Assembly (NCBI RefSeq): GCF_009914755.1 | Contig: NC_060928.1 | Length of the DNA: 64,000 nucleotides | Origin: the human T2T-CHM13v2.0 reference genome, Homo sapiens | Strand: one strand, 5' to 3' | Part shown: one piece after another, positions 1-12,020 of the stretch | How the letters are laid out: each line of letters opens with the position of its first letter | Numbering within the stretch: the stretch's first letter is position 1 | Program-made: the position numbers and the translations under genes | The notes under the pieces: generated by a model | Databases searched by the model: none | The model's input: only the letters and a program-made list of their open reading frames with translations | What the model was told of the DNA's origin: nothing

Positions 1-1055
1 TATTCACAGACACCGCACTGAGCGTGTATATTGATCCCTTAACATCAAGCTCACAGCCAGCGGTGCCACAGCTCCCACCCAGAGGCAGGTCGCCCCACAC
101 GCATTTCTCCACGGGGTGCCCCATGGCCGTCCTATGCTGACGGACACCAGATGGCATTTCAGCACCGGGCACAGGGGCCGCTTTAAACAGCAAAATCACC
201 AAAGGGACACGAGAGCAAAAACATGGCACACGCAAACCACAAAAAAGGACATTTACAGATGAGCAGAGACAGAAGGCAGGATGCGGCCACGCCCACCCCA
301 CCTGGGCACACAGAAGGCAGGACACGACCACGCCCACCTCACCTGGGGACACAAGGGAGGCAGGATGCAGCCACGCCCACCCCACCTGGGTACACACGGA
401 AGACAGGATGCGGCTACGCCCACCCTACTTGGGCACACACACGGAAAACAGGATGCGGCCATGCCCATCCCGCCTGGGCACACATGGAAGACAGGATGTG
501 GCCACGCCCACCCTACCTGGGCCCACACGGAAGACAGGATGCGGCCACACCCACCCCACCTGGGCGCACACTGAAGACAGGATGCGGCCACGCCCACCCC
601 ACCTGGGCACACACACGGAAGACAGGATGCGGCCACATCCACCCCACCTGGGCACACATGGAAGACAGGATGCGGCCACACCCACCCTACGTGGGCACAC
701 ATGGAAGACAGGATGCAGCCACGCCCACCTCACCTGGGCACGCACGGAAGACAGGATGTGGCCACGCCCATCCCACCTGGGCACACATGGAAGACAGGAT
801 GCGGCCACGCCCACCTCACCTGGGCACGCACGGAAGACAGGATGTGGCCACGCCCATCCCACCTGGGCACACATGGAAGACAGGATGCAGCCACGCCCAT
901 CCCACCTGGGCGCACACAGGGGATGGCCCGAATTGTTTGCTGCTCCTCACATGTCCAAGAATGACCACAAAAGCACCACAAGTACTGATTTGGGGGTTGC
1001 CACTTTATCAAGGAGGCAAATGTGCAAATGCAGAATCCGAACAAGGGATTGGCTG
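1..1055 (-). mobile_element. MER82-like TcMar-Tigger DNA transposon fossil, interrupted by a VNTR
   Basis: TTTAAACAGCAAAATCACCAA...AAAAGGACATTTACAG before the VNTR and CATGTCCAAGAATGACCAC...TACTGATTTGGGGGTT...GCAAATGCAGAATCCG after it follow the remembered consensus colinearly. Confidence 0.65.
270..915. repeat. 43-bp minisatellite, about 15 copies
   Basis: Unit CACATGGAAGACAGGATGCGGCCACGCCCACCCCACCTGGGCA; GAAGACAGG recurs at 487, 530, 573, 618, 661. Confidence 0.95.
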
Positions 1056-1659
1056 CATCCACAGATGAAGGACCATGCACTTTTCTCCAAAGCCGCCATG
1101 CAGCAAAGACAGAGCAGCGACGTTAGGGCAGGGGCTGGGCAGGGATGGGCAAGGCTGTGGATGGCGATGTTTCAGAGACATCCGTTTGGCTGTTTCAACA
1201 GAGACCAACCTGCCACAGCTCAAGGGGCCTCCTGCCTGTCATCACCCCTGGGTGCTGGGCCAGCCACTGTGTGAGAGATTCTGGGATTCCAGGAAGGAAG
1301 GATGGGGGATGTTGGATGCAGTAAGCAGGTTCTGGTGCAGGAAATCAAGACACCGGCAAGACGAAGGGGTGGGCACAGCCAGGAGAGGAAGCATGTGAGA
1401 CTGCGGAGCGACATGAGATGCAAAATCAAACACAAAATAAAACCACAAAATGAAACAAACCCAAAATAAAGCAAGTCACAGGACACATCAGCACTGCTGA
1501 TGAAGACAGTGCCAGGAGCCCAGGAGCGGCTCACTCAGCCAGGCACGCAGGTCCCCACGGCCAAGGTTGGAAGCGGGGAGGTCCCACCCCTCCCTACTGA
1601 GCCCAAGGGCCATCAAGAGGGGCCAAGCAAGTTGGCGCCCAGCAGGCTGGATGACACGG

Positions 1660-1790
1660 GAGCCGAGCCATGATTGCGCCACTGCACTCCAGCCCGGGTG
1701 TCACAGTGAGACTCCATCTCACTGCACTCCAGCCTGGGTGTCACAGCGAGACTCCGTCTCACGTCTCAAAACAACAACAACAACAAAACT
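1660..1790 (+). mobile_element. Alu 3'-end fragment with an internal 40-bp tandem duplication
   Basis: ACTGCACTCCAGCC..GAGACTCC.TCTC at 1681-1720 and 1721-1760, then an (AAC)n tail. Confidence 0.8.
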
Positions 1791-1819
1791 AAAACTGTGA
1801 CTATTCTAGGAAAACACAT

Positions 1820-2485
<666 letters not shown>

Positions 2486-2499
2486 GGAGAGTATCTTCA

Positions 2500-3060
2500 T
2501 GACTTTGGGATCATGTGTTGAGTTATTTATCTGTTGAGCTATTTATGGTGTTTCTGAGTACATCTCTTCATCCACTTTTTTAGTTGCTGTTCTAGGTTAT
2601 TACTTATACGTGGCTCATGACAGTTTGCCGGTGTTGACATTTTACCAGCTTCAGGGAAGTGCTGAAGCCTTCCCTCCCTGGTGTCCATTTAGTTCCCCAC
2701 CTATAACATATCATAAACATTTCCTTTACATTTATCAAGAATCACATCAGTCGGTATTCTAATTTTTTTCTTCAACCATCACACATAATTTAGGAAACTC
2801 AAGAGGAGAAGGAAACCTATTATGTTCACTCATAATTCTGCCTACTGCGCTCTTTCTTCCTTCCTGATGTTCCAAGGTTTCTTCTTTCACTGTTTCCATT
2901 TCTGTTCCGAGACCTGCCTTAGCCACTCTTTTTTAGGTCCGCTGGTGACAAACACGCTTGGTTTTCCTTCATCTGAGGATGTCTTGACGCCCCTTTCATT
3001 CCTGAACGGTCTTCTCACTGGGTATAGCATTCTGGGTTGACGGTTCTCTTTCAGCGGTGA
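2500..3060 (-). mobile_element. Old L1M fragment
   Basis: T-rich tract; CTGGGTATAGCATTCTGGGTTGAC resembles antisense L1M. Confidence 0.5.
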
Positions 3061-3311
3061 GGACAGCAGAGCCTCAGGCCTGAGGGTGCCTGCGCCCACC
3101 CCTTGAAGGGAGCGCCTGCATGTCAGGAGCACCCAGGAGCAGTCGGCAGCTGCTGGTGAGCAGCAGCAACTCCTTCACCAAGAGAGAAGTCGCTGCGATG
3201 GTGCCACCACAACAGAACTGACGTGTGTCACGAATGCTTGGCATAGAGCCGACCAGTGAGGAGACGGCTGTCAGATGCCGTGAAGATGGGAAGATGGAGG
3301 GCCGTGCTATG

Positions 3312-3350
3312 TCATGGCAACATACTTGGTGAAACAGTCCGTGAGGCAAC
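3312..3350 (-). CDS. Candidate distal alternative last exon of FAM53A (VASRTVSPSMLP*)
   Basis: Strong acceptor ctcacctgcctctgtcttccttccAG|GTT at 3350; phase 0 is compatible with the 40216 donor; TGA at 3314-3312. Confidence 0.4.
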   Translation of the reverse strand, partial: VASRTVSPSMLP

Positions 3351-5166
3351 CTGGAAGGAAGACAGAGGCAGGTGAGTGCTGCCTCTTGGGGAAGAAGTAG
3401 AACCAGAAGACAGGGCACGTGCTGCCTCGCAGAGACAGTGAGGCTGGCCTTGAGCCCGAAGGCCCATCACGGCAGGGGTGCATCCAGGCTGTGGCCCCCA
3501 GGTGGCCACCCTCAGTGGGGATGGCATGGGAAAGTGTGTCTGAGGGTAGGCGGGTGAGTGAATGGCCAAAGACCTGGCCAGAATCCCAGGAAAACCAGGC
3601 CCGGACTGGAACACCAGTAACTGTTGGGGCCTGACCACAGCTCCAGGCCCAAATGTCCCTGGGTGGGAAGTGGGCTGGTACCACAGCCGGGCCCCCAGGG
3701 CCCCCTTCAGACAGCCCCAGACAGGTGAGCAGGGATGGGAGGCAGAGTCTCCTGGCCCTGCTGTGCCCACCTGGAGGTGTGGGCTGGAGCTGCATGGGGA
3801 CGGCAGCTCTGGGGAAGGAAGACGGGAGGGGAGGCTGTTTGGCAGCCTGAGGGGTGGACTGTGGCTCATGGCTGTGGCCGCCAAAGATGCCTTTCCCTTC
3901 TGGGCTGAAGCGATTCCATGCCGCCGGCCTCCCAGGCCATGGGGTATGGCCAGGAAAACGTGGCTGGAGGGATGGGACCCAGCCACAGAACCAGCCATGC
4001 GGGCCTGTGTGCAACCCCAGCACCATCCCAGCGGGGGAATGCCACCGCACAGATAAGCCAGCCCCGACCCCCAGCCCCCGACCCCCAGCCCTCTCACTGG
4101 GCTGGGCTGAGGCCTCCACGGCCCCCCGAGGGCTCAGGGCTTATCTGCGGCAGCCACAAGCTCACCTCAGTGAACACAGCACAGAAACACATCAACCTGC
4201 ACCCAACCCAGCAACGCTGCTCCACGCTGCCAACAAGACGGGGAAGGGGATGCCGCAGAGCGTCCACAGGTGAGAGCTGGGGGTCCACTGAGCCCCCACC
4301 CCAAAGCAGCCCACATAACGGCCTGGGCTCTCTTCCTCCTGGGGTCAAAGACAGGCAGGCTCTGGGCCCACGCTGCTCACCCATCCTCCCTGAGCTCCAG
4401 CACCTTCTAAGTGAAGCAGGTTACTAACGAGTCACTGAACTTTGCAGCCACAGGCTGAGGCAGGAGCTGCCAGGATCCCACCTTGTGGCGAGCGGCCCCT
4501 TACCACTGCCCGGGGCTGGGCAAACACGGAGCTGGAGAGGGAACGGCACGCACTGCCAGGGCGGCCAACGACCCGGCCTCACCAGGGCAGGCAAGGCAGG
4601 AGGGCAGAGGCCAGGGCCAGCTGGTGGCGCGCATGGAGGGGTATGGCAGGCATGGCCTGGGCTCCCTTGCCCAGCTCGGCGTCTCTGGGGTTGGCCCACT
4701 TCAGGACTGGCCGGCCTTCCCGCCCTGTTCCCAGACTCATGCACCTGTGGACATGGGCACTTTCCTCCAAGCCGCATCTCCCTCCCGCACCAGGTGCTGG
4801 CCTATCTCTGGGTCTATACCCTGCAATCGGCTTCTCAGGTCTTCACCCCCCGGCCTCCCGTGACCACCCCCGCCCTTCATCTCCAGCGTCTCTGACTCAC
4901 GCACCGGGCACCGGCCTTGCGCTTTGTCTTTTACTACAGATCCCAGTTCTGCTGTGCATTGGAGCTCCATTTGTACCACTCAGGGCCCTGGCAGGAATGG
5001 GGGTTCACGGCGTCCACACGCAAAGCCCTGTCCTGGGCATGTCAGGTCCCTTTCGCCCACACTGGCACCTGGATCTGCTTCACTTCATCTGCCCTGCGAT
5101 CATCTAAGCTGTCCTCTCTCGCCTCATGGTCTCCACATTTCCTTATACTTTATTAAAAAACAAGTC

Positions 5167-5495
<329 letters not shown>

Positions 5496-5714
5496 TGTCA
5501 TCTTATTTCCCATAACAGACCTTTCTCAAGTGTGCCTGGACACAGCTGTGGAAGGAAATGGCCCCTCCTCCGCAGACATCCCACAGGAGCACCTGAGCTC
5601 TGTCTTCTCACTTTGTCTTGGAGCAAGGGAGGCCTTTCCGGGAGTTGTTTCCACAGAGGGGGGATTCTCTTTGGTTCCTGCCACAGTCAGGAATTGTACT
5701 GGCTGCATACAAAA

Positions 5715-6085
5715 CACCATCACCACCAACAGGACCGTCATCACTACCACCACCATCAGCAATGCCAAAAACCTACAAAAGCACCACCACATAGGACGCC
5801 TGTAATCCCAGCTACTTGGGAGGCTGAACCCAGGAAGTGGAGGTTGCAGTGAGCTGAGACTGCGCCACTGCATTCAAGCCCAGGTGACACTGCAAGACTC
5901 TGTCTCACAAAAAAAAAGAAAAAGAAAGAAAGAAAAAACACCACCACCACCACCACCACCAAAAACAAAAACAATGATGAAAACATCAACAGAAATAACA
6001 TCACTGCCAACAACAACAACATAAGCAACAGCAACACCAAAACACAACACTGCCATCAACACGGTAGCAGCAACCACAGCAAAAG
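5715..6085. repeat. (CAC/CAA)-rich low-complexity tract interrupted by an Alu right arm (about 5797-5935)
   Basis: CACCACCAC/CAACAACAA triplets on both sides of GCCTGTAATCCCAGCTAC... Confidence 0.8.
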
Positions 6086-6089
6086 TCAA

Positions 6090-6790
6090 CTTCTCTCTCA
6101 TGAGACCAGAGTTGGAGGTGGCCATGCCAGGCTGGGATCGGGTCCCCAGGGTCACCACATACGTAGGCAACCTCTGGCTTTTTTCTGCTCCACCTCCTCG
6201 CATGTGGCTTCCTGCCCAAGGTCACCTCATGGTTCAAATGGCTGCCAGAGCCCCAGCCATCACGCCTCAGTTTCAGGAAGCAAGAAAGAAGGAACACAAA
6301 GAACAGGGGACCCTTTTCCTAGCTGAGTCAGCTACGCTACTTTTTTTTTTTTTTTTTTTTTGAGATGGAGTCTCGCTGTCACCCAGGCTGGAGTGCAGTG
6401 GCACAATCTCGGCTCACTACAGGCTCCGCCCCCCAGGGTTCATGCCATTCTCCTGCCTCAGCCTCCCGCATAACTGGGACTACAGGCGCCCGCCACCTCA
6501 CCCGGCTAATTTTTTGTATTTTTTAGTAGAGACGGGGTTTCACCATGTTAGCCGGGATGGTCTCGATCTCCTGACCTCGTGATCCACCCGCCTCGGCCTC
6601 CCAAAGTGCTGGGATTACAGGCATGAGCCACCGCGCCCGGTCAGTCGGCTACTTTTAAGGAGTCTTCCTGAAAGTCCTGTCTAACACTTTCACTCACATC
6701 TCATCAGACAGAACTTAGTCACATGGCCACACTCCACTGCAAGGAAGGTTGGGAGGTGGGGCCCAGCAGCTTGGGGTGGGGGACAGTGGG
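6090..6790. mobile_element. MLT1-type MaLR LTR fossil with an inserted antisense Alu (6341-6641)
   Basis: AAATGGCTGCCAGAGCCCCAGCCATCAC and CAGAACTTAGTCACATGGCCACAC motifs; poly-T-led Alu. Confidence 0.65.
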
Positions 6791-7084
6791 GTGGATCTGC
6801 CGCCACCCAGCCTCCACAGCGGGGAGCGAAGATGGTGAGGGAATCAGGATTAGCTCCACTGGGTCCTGTCCCAGGTCACGGAGGCAGTGCCAGCCCCTCC
6901 CACTGGACTGGGGCAGTCCCCCCATCCAAGGCTGTCACAAGGTCCCTGCCTTCCCCAGCTCTGAGACCCCAGCCTGGGTCTGCAGGAACCAGCAGGTCAC
7001 ACAGAGCAGGCTGAACGTCTGGCCCGTGCCGTCCCTGGCACCGTGTTGGGGGAATATCCCTGCGGCCATGGGGCTCCCCACCCA

Positions 7085-7440
7085 CTGTGGGGTGAATGCG
7101 TCCCCCAAGGCTCATGTGTTGGAAACCTGATCCCCACAGTGGTGGTGTGGGGAGGTGGGACCTGATGGGAAGTGTTTGGGTCGGACGGCACCGCATTCAT
7201 GAACGAATCGATGCTGCTGTCTTGGGAACGGGGCACATATTAAAGGGCAGGTTCCGACCCCATCTGCTCTCTCGCCTTCCTCCTTCCCCTCTGCCCTCTG
7301 CCACCTGACGACACAGCAAGAGACCCTCCAGATGCGGCTGCGCAATCTGGGACTTCCCAGCCTCCAGAAACTTGAGCCCGCCGACCCCTGTTCACGATCA
7401 GTTACCCAGACACGGTGCCGTTACAGCAGCAGCACGGAGA
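7085..7440 (+). mobile_element. MST/MLT1A-type MaLR LTR
   Basis: TGAATGCGTCCCCC..CTCATGTGTTGGAAAC...GGACTTCCCAGCCTCCAGAA. Confidence 0.65.
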
Positions 7441-8689
7441 GAGGCAGGACCCGGAGTCACATCAGGATGCCAGCCTCGGCTCATACTCTCCAGCCAGCGT
7501 GACGGTCAGAGTGCAGCCCCCAGTGTGGGGGTGACGACAGGGGCAGAACAAAGGCGGCTGCTTCCCTAGGAGTCACTGCAGCAGGAGCCCCCCGGCTGAA
7601 GGTGGATCTGGCTGGGGTGGGCACCTTCCCTGGGGACTCCTTTGTGGCCCCTCAGGCTTCCAGCCAGGCCCTGGCCCCACGGCCCCTCCCATGACCTCCT
7701 TCCACTGGGCTCCTCCTCCCTCCCAGGGCACTGCCGCTGAGGGGCCGCCCCACCAGCCCTGCCCTGTGACTGGCAGTACAGCCGGCCCTCTGTGCCCGTT
7801 TTAAATGGCCTCAGACACACAAACAGGGGCAGAGGGGCAGGGTCTCCAGCCCTGCATGCCCATTTGGGGGTCTGGCGGGGGCTGTGAGGGGACGGTGGAG
7901 CTCTGGGCTGGCTCGCTCGGGGAGGGAGGTCGGGAACAGCGGCTGTTTGGCTGGGCCCAGGCTGGGAGTCAGATCCTGCCCGCAGCCATCTCTGCCTCCC
8001 TCAGACTCAGGCACCACATTTCCAAGCCCTCCAAAGGTCTCCTGAAGCCCCCACCAGGCCTGAGGCCAGAAGCAACCACCCTCTGCCTCGAGGGGCCCCT
8101 GCCAGGGACAGGATAAGTCAGCACCAAGGGGAAGGGGAGGCCACACGCACACGGCCAGCATGAACCTCACGCTTTGCCTGGGCCTCCCGCGTGTCCCTCC
8201 CTAAACCACAGATGGAGGCAACCTACGATCGCTCTTGTGCCCATGGGGAAACGAAGGCACAGGCGCTGAAGCAGCCCCCACGGTCACAGGGCTGACAGTG
8301 GCACCTGAGGCTCTGTGCCTCCCACTGTGGCCACCAGCCCGGCATGCGGTCCCCCACGCTGAGCAGCAGAAAGTATGGCAGGTCCAGCCCTCCAGCAGTC
8401 CATGGCCAGGGCCCTGGCATGCCCGCTCCAGGACGGGGACATCAGCGGTAGAGGAGACTGTGTCCAGCTGCAGGTGGACCCTGAGATGGGCCCAAGCTCC
8501 CCCGACGTGAAAGGCAGCTGCTCCGTCCTGGGCAGCACCTTCCTCAGGAAGAGGCCTGGCTCCTGCTGCCACCCCCACCCCCACCGCAGCCCCGGGAGAG
8601 GAGGCTGTGGCAGCCTCAAGCAGAGTTGCGTTTCCGGCCCCCGAGGGATGGCAGCTGTGAGGCTTGGCCACGGTCTCAGGCCACCAGGC

Positions 8690-9140
8690 CCCCGGGCTCG
8701 CCAGCGCTTTCACCGGATGGCCACCGGCTGGGCAGTTCTCGGGAGTCCACTTGGTCACCCGCTGCAGGGCTGCCCGCCTTCCCCGGCGGCCTGGCCGGCC
8801 CCTCCTGCGGTGGGTGGCGGCTGCACGGTGACCTTGCGGTAACCCAAGTGCCATCCGTCAGCAGACGGCCGCCCGCTCCGGAACACGGCGGCAGCTCATC
8901 TGAATTCAAATTACCCCGGGAGCCGCGCGATGCCAGCCATAACTCAGCCTGCGGAGGAGTGCGGCCGCCGCGGATCGGACGTTACCATACATTCCCGGGG
9001 CGTCGGACAGGGCTGCTAATGAAAATATCAATCAAAAACTTGCCTGACTTAATGGTCAATTTAAATTAATTAATTGGGGAGGAGAAAAAAGTTGAGGAGG
9101 GTGGCGTTGATGGGCTCCCTCTCTGGCGGGCGGGGAGAAG
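8690..9140. promoter_or_regulatory. CpG-rich non-repetitive element with an AT-rich homeobox-motif core; candidate conserved enhancer
   Basis: Dense CpGs (GCGGCCGCCGCGG) next to CTAATGAAAATATCAATCAAAA...CTTAATGGTCAATTTAAATTAATTAATTGG. Confidence 0.55.
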
Positions 9141-10084
9141 TGGGTGCCCGGCTGGGCACAGCCCCCAGGCCAGGAGATGGGGCCAAGCCTCCCCCGGGAC
9201 CCTGGGGCATACCTGAGGGCCCAGGGGCCATGCCTGCCTGGGGCGGGTGTGAGGCCTGAGATTCCCGTCCCACATTTCTGGGCAGGCTGTGGGTGGCCTG
9301 TCCTACTCCAGCTGTGTCGTCTGCAGGGACCACTGGTGGCCAGGTGCCCCCTCCCTGAGGCATAGAAGAGCCCCTTGCTCAGTGGGGCCAGGGAGGGCTG
9401 GCATTGTGGGCATGGGCATGGGCCACGACTGGCTCAGGTCCCTGGGCCTCATCTTGTCTGTGACACAGTGGCCATGTCCACTGCCCAGCACTTCGCAGGG
9501 CCCACGGCAGGCAGGGTGGGGCTGGACGCAGGGCTCACCAGGGATGCCCCCAGGTCAGGCGCTGTGTCAAGGGAGACACAGGTATCCCTGCTTCATAGTG
9601 GAGAAACTGAGGCTCTGAGGGGGACTGGTGCTTCAAGAGGCAGAAAGCGCCGTGACCCCCCGAACCACAAATGTGACAGTGCGGAGGCTGACGGGTCATC
9701 CAGGAGTGAGACGGAGAAAGGAACAAGGCCCAGAAGGACGGCAGGGGTGACTGCGCAGGGACTCCAGGGCCCCCATTCCAGGCAAAACCTGTAGGAAGAT
9801 TCCCACTCAGCCCCTCTGGAGACATCTACATCCTCAAAGGCAATAACAGAACCCTCCGCGCAAACCAAAGGTGAGGACTCACAGCCAGGCCAGCCCGCCT
9901 CCCCGCCACCACGCCAGGTACCGCCACGCTGCGGGTCTGGCTGAGAAGGCACCTGGAATTCTGTCCCAGATGCTGTGTTTCACGCCAGATGACAGCAAAG
10001 CTCTCCCCTGACATGCGGGCACACTCCAGACTCCCCCAGAGGCCCTCCTGGAAGAACCACTCAAGGACCCAAGGGCCCAAAAGG

Positions 10085-11070
10085 CATCAGAAGGTCCTAT
10101 GTCCCGGCCCACGTGGTCAGGGGTCACACCAGGTGATCAGAAGCCCCCACGTCCCGGCCCACGTGGTCAGGGTCACGCCAAGTGATCAGAAGCCCCCACG
10201 TCCCGGCCCACGTGGTCAGGGGTCACACCAGGTGATCAGAAGGCCCCACGTCCCAGCCCACGTGGTCAGGGTCACGCCAGGTGATCAGAAGGCCCCACGT
10301 CCCGGCCCACGTGGTCAGGGTCACGCCAGGTGATCAGAAGCCCCCACGTCCCGACCCACGTGGTCAGGGGTCACACCAGGTGATCAGAAGGCCCCACGTC
10401 CCGGCCCACGTGGTCAGGGGTCACACCAGGTGATCAGAAGGCCCCACGTCCCAGCCCACGTGGTCAGGGTCACGCCAGGTGATCAGAAGGCCCCACGTCC
10501 CGACCCACGTGGTCAGGGGTCACACCAGGTGATCAGAAGGCCCCACGTCCCGGCCCACGTGGTCAGGGGTCACACCAGGTGATCAGAAGGCCCCACGTCC
10601 CGGCCCACGTGGTCAGGGTCACGCCAGGTGATCAGAAGCCCCCACGTCCCGACCCACGTGGTCAGGGTCACACCAGGTGATCAGAAGGCCCCACGTCCCG
10701 GCCCACGTGGTCAGGGTCACACCAGGTGATCAGAAGGCCCCACGTCCCGGCCCACGTGGTCAGGGGTCACACCAGGTGATCAGAAGGCCCCACGTCCCGG
10801 CCCACGTGGTCAGGGTCACGCCAGGTGATCAGAAGCCCCCATGTCCCGACCCACGTGGTCAGGGTCACGCCAGGTGATCAGAAGGCCCCACGTCCCGACC
10901 CACGTGGTCAGGGTCACGCCAGGTGATCAGAAGGCCCTACGTACCAGCCCATGTGGTCAGGGTCACGCCAGGTGATCAGAAGGCCCCACGTCCCGGCCCA
11001 CATGGTCAGGGTCACGCCAGGTGATCAGAAGGCCCCACGTCCCGGCCCACGTGGTCAGGGTCACGCCAAG
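10085..11070. repeat. 49/50-bp minisatellite, about 20 copies
   Basis: Unit GATCAGAAGGCCCCACGTCCCGGCCCACGTGGTCAGGG(G)TCACGCCAGGT. Confidence 0.97.
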
Positions 11071-11679
11071 TGGAGCCTTGGGGGAGACTGAAGCCACCGC
11101 CCTGGCCAGCACAGGTCATGTCTGGGCAGCCAGGAGCTGTCCAGAGACCCCAGAGGCAGGTTCAGCGGGTGGGATCTGGGCTTCCAACCCCTTCCCCAGG
11201 ATCCGCCCATCAGAATCCTCCACAGGATCCTCTGCAGAGCCTTCCAGGAGGCGGCCCAGCATGTTTTTCCTGCCCCGACTCGGTGTGGCTGCCTGCCAGG
11301 GTGCAGGGGAAGTGGTGTGAGCCCCTGCCGTCCTTCTGGGCCTTGTTCCTGTCTCCATCTGGCTCCTGGATGACCCTGGTGCATAGGGCTTTCGTCTTGT
11401 GCTCTGCCCACACCAGGAGCAGAGCAAGCCAGGGGCGGTTGGCCCAGGAGGAGGAGGTAGGGGTCAGGCCGGACCTTACCCCAAGCTGAGCCCAAGTGAC
11501 TACAGCTGCATGGAGCATGAACAGACGGTGGCCGTCACGAGCCGTCCACGTGGGCTTTCCTTCCACAGCATCTCACAGCAGAAGCTGACCCAGACAGCAG
11601 AGCCCAGGGAGCCCGACGCAGACCAGAGGCTGCCAGTCACACAGAACAGGAAGAACCCCGATCACCAGACCCAGCGGGG

Positions 11680-12020
11680 AAGTCGGGGAGGACCCAGTGT
11701 AGACTCTCAGCCACGGCCATGCCCTGAGCCCGGGGGGACCAGGGGAGGACCCGGGACAGTGTAGACTCTCAGCCACAGCCATGCCCTGAGCCCGGGGGGA
11801 CCCGGGGAGGACCTGGGACAGTGTAGACTCTCAGCCACAGTGATGTTTTGCATCTGGGGGACCCGGGACAGTGTAAACTCTCAGCCACGGCCATGCCCTG
11901 AGCCCGGGGGGACCCGGGGAGGACCCGGGACAGTGCAGACTCTCAGCCACAGTGATGTTTTGAGTCTGGGGGACCCAGGACAGTGTAGACTCTCAGCTAC
12001 AGCCATGCCCTGAGCCCAGA
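11680..12020. repeat. About 50/61-bp composite tandem repeat, about 6 units
   Basis: GGGACAGTGTAGACTCTCAGCCAC recurs with two alternative spacers. Confidence 0.85.

Noticed and set aside
223-1274. 281-aa and 288-aa ORFs
   Set aside because: Read-through of the 43-bp VNTR inside a transposon fossil
5756-6040. Hydrophobic ORF resembling a signal or transmembrane peptide
   Set aside because: Reverse translation of CAC/CAA triplets and an Alu tail
10085-11070. CRISPR-like periodicity here and in other arrays, including 11680-12020
   Set aside because: Head-to-tail near-identical units without unique spacers, no cas genes, primate context
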